DNA of 64,000 nucleotides from Cyanobacteria bacterium P01_A01_bin.123 (GTDB lineage Bacteria; Cyanobacteriota; Cyanobacteriia; Phormidesmidales; Phormidesmidaceae). Each line of letters begins with the position of its first letter. The first letter of the stretch is position 1. The notes beneath the pieces were generated by a model that made no database searches, was not told where the DNA came from, and saw only the letters and a list, made by a program, of their open reading frames with translations. The stretch covers positions 48,670 through 112,669 of the forward strand of contig JBCBZT010000024.1 of NCBI GenBank assembly GCA_039815185.1. Direction: 5' to 3'. Of the stretch, positions 48,073-57,793 are shown piece after piece. The position numbers and the translations under genes are program-made.

Positions 48073-48461
48073 GCGTAAGTTTTTCGCCTGATGGGGAAAT
48101 CCTGGCCAGCGCTAGCGAAGATGGCACGGTGAAGCTGTGGGACCGCAGCGGTCGCCAACTGCAAACCCTTGAAGGCCATACGGATGAAGTTTGGAATGTG
48201 AGTTTTTCGCCCGATGGGGAAACCCTCGCTAGCGCCAGCCACGATGGCGCGGTGAAGCTGTGGAACTTTAACCTTGATGATCTAATGGCCAAAAGCTGCA
48301 ATTGGCTGCAAGACTATATGACCTATGGCAACGCATCTGATGAAGAAAAGGCCCTCTGTGCAGACGAACTCAATCTGTCTAGCAATTCCACTATCCCAGA
48401 ATCAACTAACTGGTTCATGAGCACCCGCGCTTTTTTCTCCCAACTCTTCACAGGTAGCTAA
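48039..48461 (+). pseudogene. 3' fragment of a WD40-repeat protein
   Basis: [34 protein letters not shown], a second repeat, then LDDL...CNWL.DY tail; no N-terminus. Confidence 0.8.
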
Positions 48462-48712
48462 CCCCAAAGCTGTCAATTTTAGATCTTAGACTTCGTCGTG
48501 AGCGCTCAGTCGTTGGCTTAGCCGCCCCAAAGGGCTACGATTTGCGATTTTGGATTTCGGTGTGAGCACTCACATCTAAGTAGGTGAAGGGTTTTCCTAT
48601 CCTTAACATAATTGGTTTCCAGTCGAGTTCAAATTTAAGTAGGTGACCATAAGTAAACTCCTTAAGTTGGCCGAATCAAACCGCTGAAATTAACTCTTGA
48701 TTGCCTCTGGAA

Positions 48713-49036
48713 CTATTCCGTTAAAAAAAACGCCGCCTGCTTCTGATGCACCGCATTCAAATGCTGCTTCACCGTACTCACAGTAACCACTAACTCCGCC
48801 GCAATCTGCTCATACTGATACCCCAACCGCCTTAACCGCCACACCTCTGCCTGCCGCACCGTCAACCCATATCGCTGCGCCTCCCACAACGCCACCTCCG
48901 CCAAAATCCGTCGGCATTCCTGCAACACCACCCCATCCTCCAACAGCTTCTTAAGAGTTATCAAAACCTCCGCAAACTGCTGAAGCAACCGCGAGATTTC
49001 CTGCCGACTTTGCTCATCTAAACGCTCAAAATTCAT
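48713..49036 (-). CDS. LuxR-type HTH regulator
   Basis: LTVRQAEVW.L...GY.YEQIAAEL.VTVSTVKQHL. Confidence 0.85.
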   Translation of the reverse strand: MNFERLDEQSRQEISRLLQQFAEVLITLKKLLEDGVVLQECRRILAEVALWEAQRYGLTVRQAEVWRLRRLGYQYEQIAAELVVTVSTVKQHLNAVHQKQAAFFLTE

Positions 49037-49305
49037 ATCAATTTCTCAAGACTCAAAGCTCAATTGAGTCCATTAGATTAGATGAGTTGCGGATCAATTT
49101 CGGCGTTTATCCTGACTATTTAATGAGATACATCGGACTTAATCCGGAATCAAATTTAGTACACAAAGTCAATTTAAAAACCATCTTTTCCTTGCCATCT
49201 TAGACCTGTCAGCAACAAAGAAATGAATTGAATTAGGTCAATCACCTAATCCTTAATTCACCGCTTATGTCGCTGACACCGTAAACCAAACAGGCAAAGA
49301 AAACC

Positions 49306-49827
49306 ATGCAAAATTCAATGTTTAACCCCCAACCCCAAAATCAGTTCTCTGCAACTGAAACCGAGTCCACCAACATCCTGGGGCCAGTCGTCTTCAAACT
49401 GTCCAACCTGCTCGTTGCAGGCCAAGCCGGACTCCCTGCACTACCCACGCAAATTGCCCCAGGGCAATCTCCCTATATCGTTAGCACCCAAGAGCGCATC
49501 CAGATCAGCGTCGATATCGCCTTCAACGATACGCCCCTGACCCAGCTCCTGCTCTGCCTCGGCACCCGGCTCAAAGTTCGCTTCTCCTTAGAAGGCATCG
49601 GTGGCCAAGCCACTGAAGTCGATCTCGAAGTCAGCGAGACCACCCGCCAGGGCATCGCCAACTACACCCTCACCTTCGAGGGCACCCCCGAATCAGCAGG
49701 GTTAACACCAGGTCTATACGCGATCGCAGCCGTCGTCAGCATCGGCCCTGTTGACCATGCCTGTGCCCAAGATGTCTTTGGCTATGGCTACATCGTGGGT
49801 CAACTATTGCAAGTCTATGCTGCATAA
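49306..49827 (+). CDS. Hypothetical protein, predicted beta-rich
   Basis: Clean 173-aa ORF with a structured leader and a downstream terminator. Confidence 0.8.
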   Translation: MQNSMFNPQPQNQFSATETESTNILGPVVFKLSNLLVAGQAGLPALPTQIAPGQSPYIVSTQERIQISVDIAFNDTPLTQLLLCLGTRLKVRFSLEGIGGQATEVDLEVSETTRQGIANYTLTFEGTPESAGLTPGLYAIAAVVSIGPVDHACAQDVFGYGYIVGQLLQVYAA

Positions 49828-49867
49828 CCTCCATTGATGGGGTTTCCCATTAAGGGGATCTCTAGTG

Positions 49868-49898
49868 GCTGGCAGGCTAACCCCCTGCCAGCTTTTTT
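49868..49898 (+). terminator. Intrinsic terminator
   Basis: GCTGGCAGG-CTAACCC-CCTGCCAGC-TTTTTT. Confidence 0.85.
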
Positions 49899-50282
49899 CC
49901 TTGGCATCGCAAAATCTCCTGAACTGCCATTAAATCCACAAAACTAAAACAAGAAAATACATAGAGATTCACAAATATAGCCCATTGATATCAAGCTATT
50001 TTTCAGCCCCTAGATTTTGGAGAGTCGAAGTGTTAATTTCAACGCAGTTCAGTATCAATCGTCACTCGCTGAATTTTAGCACTAAGCCTTTTAGCGGAAA
50101 AACTAAACCAGTTCCTGACTCAAGTTTTTATGCCTGTATTCAACCTTTAGTTGCTATCAAGCTGTTTGAGTGGACTGAGGCATATGCCCTTCTTCTGAAC
50201 TAGAGCTTGTTCCGTGTGTTTCCTGCCGTTCCCTGTAGCATTTCCCCCTGTTACATCATCAACCCTGAATAACAATTGCTTC

Positions 50283-53200
50283 ATGACGGCTGAAGACGCA
50301 TTGGTGCTGTTGGAACCCCTCCTAGATTCACAGTATCTAAGCCAAACCCAAAAAGCGATCTTCCAAAAAGTCTGGGAAGGTCAGTCTTATGTAGAGATCG
50401 CGATCGCGATTGGATATGACCACGGCTATGTCAAAGACACAGGAGCGCAGATCTGGAAACTGCTCTCTCAGGTTTTAGGCAAGAAGGTCACCAAAAATAA
50501 CGTCCGCAACGTGATCTGTGGATTTGCCCAGCACTTAAACAACGCTCAAGCCGTTCCAATTACAAACAACACGACTGGCTCCAGCCCAAGCTGGGGTGAA
50601 GCAGCCGATGTCACTTCATTTCATGGGCGCAAAGCGGAGCAGGCTTGTCTAGAAAACTGGGTCGTTGAAGATCGCTGTCGATTGGTTGCCCTGCTGGGCA
50701 TTGGCGGGGTGGGCAAAACAGCCCTTTCTGTCAAACTGGCAAAGCGGGTTCAAGGACAGTTTGATTACGTCGTTTGGCGATCGCTCCGCCATGCCCCACC
50801 CATCGAGGAACTGCTGCCTGAGATCATTCTAGTGTTGTCCGATCAACAGGACACCCAGTTGCCCCATACACCCGTCAAGCTAGTTGAGCTCCTATTGACT
50901 TACCTGCATCAACATCGCTGCTTACTGGTGTTGGACAATCTAGAATCCATTTTGCAAACAGGAGAACGGGCGGGGAGATATCGCAATGGCTATGAAGATT
51001 ATGGTGATCTGCTAGCGCGAGTTGCAGATGAAGCCCATCCAAGTTGCGTGTTGGTCACCAGTCGAGAAAAGCCAGGGGGCATTTCATGGCGAGAAGGGAA
51101 TAAATTACGGGTGCGATCGCTGCAATTGACGGGCCTCGATTACCCCGCAAGTCAAGCCATCATCAGTGATGCGGGCTTAGCAGGTCAGATTAGCCAAAAC
51201 GCAGAACTACTGGAACGCTACAGCGGCAATCCCCTAGCCCTCAAAATTGTTGCCGCCACAATCCGGTCAGTGTTTAACAGTAATGTGGCTGAGTTTCTAG
51301 ACTATGGCACGGTTGTCTTTGGCGATCTCTGGGATCTGCTTGACCAGCAGTTCAGCCGATTATCGGTAATTGAGCAAACTGTAATGCGCTGGTTGGCCAT
51401 TAACCGAGACTGGATAGCAGTGCCGGAACTGCGGAACGACATGATTCCGCCCGTCCCCCATCGAGCACTGTTGGAAGCGGTGGAGTCTTTGCAGGCTAGG
51501 TCGCTGATTGAAACTAGCGCTGCTGGCATTACCCAACAGCCGGTGGTGATGGAATACATGACTGAGCGTTTGGTGGCTCAGTTTTACGAGGAAATCAACC
51601 AGCGCGAATTTGACCTCTTTAGCCGTTACGCCCTGCTAAAAGCTGATGCTAAGGAGTTTGTCCGCGATGCCCAGATGCGGCAACTCTCGCGCACCCTTAT
51701 AGAAAAGTTGTTGAGTAACCGTGAGCAACGCCAAGTACTGGAACAACAGTTGCAACAGTTGCTCTCTGCGTTGAGGCATCGGTCTGCAGATGAGGTGGGC
51801 TATGCCGGGGGTAATTTGCTCAATCTGCTGTGTCAACTCAACGTGGATCTGCAAGGCCAAGATTTGTCCCATCTGACGATCTGGCAAGCCTATCTGTCTG
51901 GGCAAAATCTACAGCAGGTTAACCTGGCCCACAGCGATTTGAGCAAGTCGGTGTTTAACGAGTCCCTTGGCAGCGCGATCGCGGTGGCATTTAGCCCCGA
52001 TGGACAGTTACTCGCAGCGGGGGACACCACCGGAGAGATTCACCTGTGGACACTAGCAGATGGTCGCAAGCGATTATTTTGGAAGGCCCATACTGGCTGG
52101 GTTTGGTCGGTGGCCTTTAGCCCGGACGGCCAGCGCCTAGTCACCTGTAGCGAAGACCACACGCTCAAGATTTGGGAGGTTAGCACGGGGCAACTGCTGA
52201 ATACCTTTAGCCACCGCAAACGTGCCAGGGCAGTGGTTTGGCATGCAAACGGTCAGCAGGTGGTCAGCGGCAGTGAAGACCACACGCTTAAGGTTTGGGA
52301 TCTGGCCACTAACACCTGTGCGCAGACGTTGACACAGCCAAATGAGGGCATCGAAGCGATCGCCCTGAGTCCAGATGGTCGAATTTTAGCCAGCGGTAAT
52401 CCGGTCACCAGTACGATTCAGCTTTGGGATTTGGAACGAGGTGAACCCATCACTAGCCTGACCGGGCATACCAATGGCATTTATGCCCTCACTGCTAGCC
52501 CAGATAATCGAGCGCTAATCAGCGGTGGCCTTGATACCACGGTCAGAATCTGGGACATGGAGACAGGCCAATGCCTAAAGGTGTTAGAGGGGCATCGAGA
52601 AGCGATTTGGGCGATCGCGACCAGTGCTGACGGTAGCTTAATTGCTAGTGGTGGGGAAGATCGCAGGGTGCGAATTTGGGATGCCAGCACAGGCCAGCGC
52701 CTGAGAACGCTGCACGGTTTCGCAGCGCGGGTTTGGTCGGTAGCGTTTCATCCCGAATTGCCTCTGTTGGCCTCCAGCGATGATCAAACCACTAAGCTTT
52801 GGGATGTCAACTCAGGCCAGTGTTTGAAAACCCTCAGGGGCTATCCCCAAGTCAACTGGACGGTGGCCTTTACACCAGATGGATCTGCGTTGATCAGCGG
52901 TGGTCAAGAGCAACTACTGCGTATTTGGGATCTAGAGCGCGATCGCTGCATTCAATCTCTAGGAGACCATCCCAGCTATGTCCACACCCTCAGCCATCAC
53001 CCCAATGCCCCTGTCGTTGTGAGTGGATCTGATAACACGGCCTATGTCTGGCATTTAGAAACCGGGCAGCACGTTCATGCTTTAGAAGGGCATGGGGGTC
53101 AGGTTTGGCAGGTGGCCTTCAGCCCAACGGGAGAATGGGTAGCCACGGCCAGTTTTGATCAGACAGTGAAGCTGTGGGACTGGCAGTCTGGCAATTGTCT

Positions 53201-53816
53201 AAAAACGCTACGAGGTCACAGCAGTTGGGTATTTGGTATTGGGGTTAGCCCCGAGGGGCAACGGCTGGCAAGCAGCGGTATGGATAAGACCATCCAGGTA
53301 TGGGATGTCAGCTCGGGTGAGTGTCTAAGAATCATTCAGACTCACACGGATTGGATGACGACGGTTGCCTTTAGCCCCGATGGTGAGTTGATTGTGGGGG
53401 GCGGTTCTCAGGGGAGTTTGGTGCTGTGTCGGCTGGGGGCAGATAAACCTGTGCAGATGGGGCAAGGGCATGCTGGGTTTATCAGCGCGGTAGGCTTTGC
53501 CCCTGACGGCAAGACGTTTGTAACCAGCGGCCATGATCACACCATCAAGCTATGGGATGTGGTTCGGTTTGAATGTGTGAGGACGTTGACAGGCCACAGC
53601 AATATGGTGTCTGCGGTGGTGTTTAGCGCGGATGGAAAGCGGTTGGCGAGTGCGAGCCATGATGAGACGGTGCGGGTGTGGGATGGGGAAACGGGGCAGT
53701 GTTTGAAGGTGTTGAGAGCACCTCGGCCCTATGAAGGGATGGATATTCAGGGAATAACGGGTTTGGCTAATGCTCAGAAGGCAACCTTACACATTTTAGG
53801 GGCAGTAGAGATCTGA
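50283..53816 (+). CDS. HTH - NB-ARC (STAND ATPase) - WD40 repeat protein
   Basis: N-terminal SYVEIA..IGYDHGYVK HTH; Walker A GIGGVGKT; Walker B LLVLDN; VTSRE; GNPLALK; about 14 WD40 repeats; ATG at 50283. Confidence 0.93.
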   Translation: MTAEDALVLLEPLLDSQYLSQTQKAIFQKVWEGQSYVEIAIAIGYDHGYVKDTGAQIWKLLSQVLGKKVTKNNVRNVICGFAQHLNNAQAVPITNNTTGSSPSWGEAADVTSFHGRKAEQACLENWVVEDRCRLVALLGIGGVGKTALSVKLAKRVQGQFDYVVWRSLRHAPPIEELLPEIILVLSDQQDTQLPHTPVKLVELLLTYLHQHRCLLVLDNLESILQTGERAGRYRNGYEDYGDLLARVADEAHPSCVLVTSREKPGGISWREGNKLRVRSLQLTGLDYPASQAIISDAGLAGQISQNAELLERYSGNPLALKIVAATIRSVFNSNVAEFLDYGTVVFGDLWDLLDQQFSRLSVIEQTVMRWLAINRDWIAVPELRNDMIPPVPHRALLEAVESLQARSLIETSAAGITQQPVVMEYMTERLVAQFYEEINQREFDLFSRYALLKADAKEFVRDAQMRQLSRTLIEKLLSNREQRQVLEQQLQQLLSALRHRSADEVGYAGGNLLNLLCQLNVDLQGQDLSHLTIWQAYLSGQNLQQVNLAHSDLSKSVFNESLGSAIAVAFSPDGQLLAAGDTTGEIHLWTLADGRKRLFWKAHTGWVWSVAFSPDGQRLVTCSEDHTLKIWEVSTGQLLNTFSHRKRARAVVWHANGQQVVSGSEDHTLKVWDLATNTCAQTLTQPNEGIEAIALSPDGRILASGNPVTSTIQLWDLERGEPITSLTGHTNGIYALTASPDNRALISGGLDTTVRIWDMETGQCLKVLEGHREAIWAIATSADGSLIASGGEDRRVRIWDASTGQRLRTLHGFAARVWSVAFHPELPLLASSDDQTTKLWDVNSGQCLKTLRGYPQVNWTVAFTPDGSALISGGQEQLLRIWDLERDRCIQSLGDHPSYVHTLSHHPNAPVVVSGSDNTAYVWHLETGQHVHALEGHGGQVWQVAFSPTGEWVATASFDQTVKLWDWQSGNCLKTLRGHSSWVFGIGVSPEGQRLASSGMDKTIQVWDVSSGECLRIIQTHTDWMTTVAFSPDGELIVGGGSQGSLVLCRLGADKPVQMGQGHAGFISAVGFAPDGKTFVTSGHDHTIKLWDVVRFECVRTLTGHSNMVSAVVFSADGKRLASASHDETVRVWDGETGQCLKVLRAPRPYEGMDIQGITGLANAQKATLHILGAVEI

Positions 53817-53855
53817 CTTTTTCCTGACCTCATGATTCAGACTTTTATCTGACTT
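53812..53855 (+). promoter_or_regulatory. Four YCWGACYT direct repeats in two 11-bp-spaced pairs
   Basis: TCTGACTT 53812, CCTGACCT 53823, TCAGACTT 53837, TCTGACTT 53848, upstream of the 1197-aa gene. Confidence 0.65.
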
Positions 53856-53919
53856 CTTTATTGAGCTAAGTATTTAAACTTACTTGTGAATGTGAACAAG
53901 CAGTAAGGCCAGAAAGTCT

Positions 53920-56900
53920 ATGCAACCCATCAAACAGCTCGTTAAAGGCGAATATCAAAATTATGGTGCAAGAGAATTACTTCAGCAATCAGTTACTGTT
54001 TTAATTGGGGCTAACAAAGAGACAGCAGAGGCATTGAAGAATCTTGACATTCATAGCATTTTCGATTTAGCAGCCTCAAGAATTTTTAACACCGCATATG
54101 AAATTTCAAAAGCAAGTGAAGGTCAATCCTCTGCCCTATCAAAACACGGGCTTGTTGCATCAGACTCTATTAACAATAGGTTACGCGGAACATCAATCAC
54201 TGACTTGGCAGTTCAGAGTATTGAAGCTTTAGATGGTATTGGGCCTAATAACATAGAGAGCTTAAGGCAAAGCATTGATCTAGAAACAATCAGAGACTTC
54301 TCCTATTGGACACCTTTTCAATCAGCACGTCAGATTCTTAACTCAGCTTTTGTTGAAAACACAGAATATGAAGATCCAGATGCACCCAGTGATTTACTAC
54401 CAAAATCTGGAGAATACGCAACAGAAAAAGCTTATTATAGTTCCATATTTATTGATGAGATTATATCCGACGATCAAGAATCTTTTATGGAAATTAATAG
54501 TAGTGATTTTTTTCCGATTGATCTTTCAGATGAATTTGAGTACCAAGGCTTTTCAAAACCAGCCACAGGGGCGATATTAACCTTTGAACAAGCATGGTAT
54601 CCAGAAGGCTTAGCGCTTGGCCAGCTTTTGCATAGCGTTGCCTTAGCACCGGGGGAAAGTACTAAAATTGCAATCATAGATTGGGAAAGAAAGCTTTCTA
54701 CTTCAACTAATGAAGATATTTCTCAGTCAGAAAATTTGAGTAACATCTTAGAGCAAAATCGCACTGTTGGTGAAACAGTTGGTGCCAATCTAAAGGAATC
54801 TCAGTCTGGTTTTTCCAATACCTTTGGGTATGGTAAAGCGGAAAACAAAGGTGGTGCAGGTGGTGCATCAATCCCTGGACTTAGCTTTGGCTTCTCAAGT
54901 GGACAAACAGAAAATATTGCCAATGCAATGTCTGTTTCCTCTTCTAAAGGCCAGAGACAAATAACGGGTGAAACTTTACAAAAAATTGATAGTAGCACCC
55001 AACAGAATGCTTCTTCTATAAGAAATCGTCATGCAGCTGTTATCAAAGAGGTGAGTCAAAATGAAAGTGAGTCTATTAAAACCAGAACCATAACAAATTA
55101 TAATCACTCTCATGCGTTGTCAGTTCATTACTATGAAGTTGTTCAAATATATCGAACTATAACTCGCCTGTCAAAATATGACAGGTGTATCTTCATTCCA
55201 ATGCGAATTTTGGATTTTGGAGATACAAGAATAATCCACAAGTACCAAAATATTTTGCTTGATAGTATGCAGGTAAATGATAGAAATCTATTTGAATCTG
55301 TTCAAGGATTTGTCAATTTCAAAAGAGCCAAATCTGCCGACTTAGAATATGTTAAAGACTCTTATAACAAGAATAACTATAATCTTTTTTCGCAAAAAGA
55401 TTGGCCCCAGAGTATTGATAGCACTTTGACCAGTATTTCTGCCATACGAGACAATGGGATAATCGACTCAATCAAGATCGAATTACTGGGACAAAGTAAA
55501 CAATCAAGAAAGATCATAGAGTATGAGAGACAAAGCGGGGGATTCTTTTTGTTCGAAGAACCTTACAAGATCACTGAAATTAGTAGAATTAGTTACAGTC
55601 TTGGCTCAAATGAGTTGCCTAATAGCTCCTTCTCATTTATCCTTGAGTTTAATTTTTCTAAAATATCTTCACTTAAAAGCTTGACTACTCAAATTGGTTT
55701 TACCGTTAATAGGAAACAGGATCAGCCATTGACATCTGTTCCTTTATTATATGCTCCGGAAAATCTAAATATTCAAAAGCTCATCAATAAGCTTAACAAA
55801 GACTCTCTATACTATAGTCAAAGAGTATGGAATAATCTTTCCTCTCAAGAAGTCGCTATGTTCTTGAGTCCCTACAAAATAAATGGAGACAGATTAGTTG
55901 AGCATATTGATACACAGCCACTTACTGTTCATGGAAACTATTTAGTCTTGAGGTATTATTCAGACGATGATGATAAATGGAAAATTTGGAAAACAAAACA
56001 CGTTGACGAGAATATTTTCAAACAACAAACGATTCCCATGGCAACAGGTGGAACTTTCGCTGAGGCAGTTCTAGGTCGTTTCAATGCATCTGAAAAATTG
56101 GATGTTACGCGTTTCTGGAACTGGCAAGAGTCACCAATACCTATTCAGGCTCCAGATATTGCTCCAATTCAGGCTGGCTCAAGAAAAGAAGCTGATAATA
56201 CAGCACCAGGTCGGTTAGATGCTCCTATTGTAAATATTATGAACCCACCCAGCTTGCCTGATCCGCAAGGAATGAGTGCGGTTCTCAATGCTCTCTCTAG
56301 CTCTAATATGTTTAGAGATATGAGTGGACTGGCCGCTACTGCCTCCCTTGCCCAGCAAGCCCTTAAAGGAAGCAGTGAAGGGGCTACAGCCGCATCAGCG
56401 CAAGCTGGGCAGAATTTAAAGACGGTTGCAGATTTAGAAAAGGCTCGATTAGAGTTGGTTGGGAAATTATTGGGAGGAGGTCTAAGTAATAGTGGAGTCT
56501 CAAAAATTGGTGCTCTTCTAAATCATGGAGCTAAGCTAGATGCCAAAAAAATAAAAAATCAGAAAAAAACTAAGATTCCTAATTTTGAAGGTTCTCAGCC
56601 CGACAATTCTAATTCCCTTGATTCAGGAGAAGGTGATACTGGAGAGGATAGTACTACATTCACATCAGCAGATAGCCCTACAGGGTCTCATGAAGTAGAT
56701 GCATTTCAGGGTGCAATCGGGTCTGATTTCATGTTAGCTAGTTCTACAACCTCCACCCCTTCTAAATCTTTAAGTAGTGGTCTATTACCTAATCTTAGTG
56801 CTTGGAAAGAGCTGATCAGCTTCAGGCCACTTCATAGTGTCCAAAATGCAGTTATCATTGCCAGATGTAAGATTCAGACTATTGAGAAAGCACTAGGTGA

Positions 56901-57513
56901 TGTGAACCTAGATTATTATCCTGTTGAGGTTAGTAAGTTACCAAAGAATAACGGTAAATCTATGACGCCGGAAGAATTTCTATCTTATATACGTCTCAAT
57001 ATCAACAGATTCGTAGATACAAATATTTCTGAATTCAAGCCTATTGATAGCTCAGCGGAGATCTTATGGACTTCAAAAAAACCAACAGATGCTGTTATAA
57101 GCATCAAAATGAAGCTTGCCAGTATATCAGTTGATAAGGGGTCTGTAATTGTTAGTAGATTCTCTTCAGATAACTGGATCTTTTCTACTGTTTATACTGC
57201 ACAAGACTTATATCATCCTGTCAGTGGAAATCGTCAGTTTGGATTTATAAAGGAGGAGAATAATAAATATATTTTTTATACAAGAGGTGCAGATCGCCTA
57301 TCAACTCGACTTGATAGGTTAGGTGGGAATACAGCTTTCTCTGCCGCTGACAGTCTATGGAAGAGTCTTCAGAAAGAAATATTTGATTATGTCAACCAAA
57401 ATGGGGGAAGTGCAAAAATACTTCCTGAAATCAGTAAAAGATATGATTGGGATAGGGTTAAGGCAAATTATTTTAATCCCACAACACCTTGGTTAGAAGA
57501 TGCTATCAAGTAG
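53920..57513 (+). CDS. Large AT-rich multidomain hypothetical protein (possible toxin)
   Basis: Two HhH-like motifs, LAPGE..KIA..DW, Ser/Gly-rich segment, NYNHSHAL, FWNWQESPIP, distinct C-terminal HPVSGNRQFG/YTRGADR domain. Confidence 0.85.
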   Translation: MQPIKQLVKGEYQNYGARELLQQSVTVLIGANKETAEALKNLDIHSIFDLAASRIFNTAYEISKASEGQSSALSKHGLVASDSINNRLRGTSITDLAVQSIEALDGIGPNNIESLRQSIDLETIRDFSYWTPFQSARQILNSAFVENTEYEDPDAPSDLLPKSGEYATEKAYYSSIFIDEIISDDQESFMEINSSDFFPIDLSDEFEYQGFSKPATGAILTFEQAWYPEGLALGQLLHSVALAPGESTKIAIIDWERKLSTSTNEDISQSENLSNILEQNRTVGETVGANLKESQSGFSNTFGYGKAENKGGAGGASIPGLSFGFSSGQTENIANAMSVSSSKGQRQITGETLQKIDSSTQQNASSIRNRHAAVIKEVSQNESESIKTRTITNYNHSHALSVHYYEVVQIYRTITRLSKYDRCIFIPMRILDFGDTRIIHKYQNILLDSMQVNDRNLFESVQGFVNFKRAKSADLEYVKDSYNKNNYNLFSQKDWPQSIDSTLTSISAIRDNGIIDSIKIELLGQSKQSRKIIEYERQSGGFFLFEEPYKITEISRISYSLGSNELPNSSFSFILEFNFSKISSLKSLTTQIGFTVNRKQDQPLTSVPLLYAPENLNIQKLINKLNKDSLYYSQRVWNNLSSQEVAMFLSPYKINGDRLVEHIDTQPLTVHGNYLVLRYYSDDDDKWKIWKTKHVDENIFKQQTIPMATGGTFAEAVLGRFNASEKLDVTRFWNWQESPIPIQAPDIAPIQAGSRKEADNTAPGRLDAPIVNIMNPPSLPDPQGMSAVLNALSSSNMFRDMSGLAATASLAQQALKGSSEGATAASAQAGQNLKTVADLEKARLELVGKLLGGGLSNSGVSKIGALLNHGAKLDAKKIKNQKKTKIPNFEGSQPDNSNSLDSGEGDTGEDSTTFTSADSPTGSHEVDAFQGAIGSDFMLASSTTSTPSKSLSSGLLPNLSAWKELISFRPLHSVQNAVIIARCKIQTIEKALGDVNLDYYPVEVSKLPKNNGKSMTPEEFLSYIRLNINRFVDTNISEFKPIDSSAEILWTSKKPTDAVISIKMKLASISVDKGSVIVSRFSSDNWIFSTVYTAQDLYHPVSGNRQFGFIKEENNKYIFYTRGADRLSTRLDRLGGNTAFSAADSLWKSLQKEIFDYVNQNGGSAKILPEISKRYDWDRVKANYFNPTTPWLEDAIK

Positions 57514-57793
57514 TCTATTTAGCTGGTGTAATTTTTCATCCCTAGGCTAGGAAAGAATAATCCTTTCAAAGATTGAGTAATGGCAATACTTCATGAGATA
57601 GATTAGAGATCGCCTAATACATAAATCCTCTTACTACTTTTAGGCCTCACAACTTCAACAAAGCCTATGTAATGTTATTCTACCAGGTAATTGGTGGTCT
57701 ACTTTGATTAGCATGGTGTCTATATTTTACTTATATCTTCACCATGCCATTAGTTTGTGTCAAAACGTGAATTTAATTAAATAGAGCACCCCT

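Noticed and set aside
49143..49148. TCCGGA heterocyst DIF1 motif
   Set aside because: A hexamer expected by chance; nothing in the window indicates a heterocyst context, and it fits the 11-bp repeat grid
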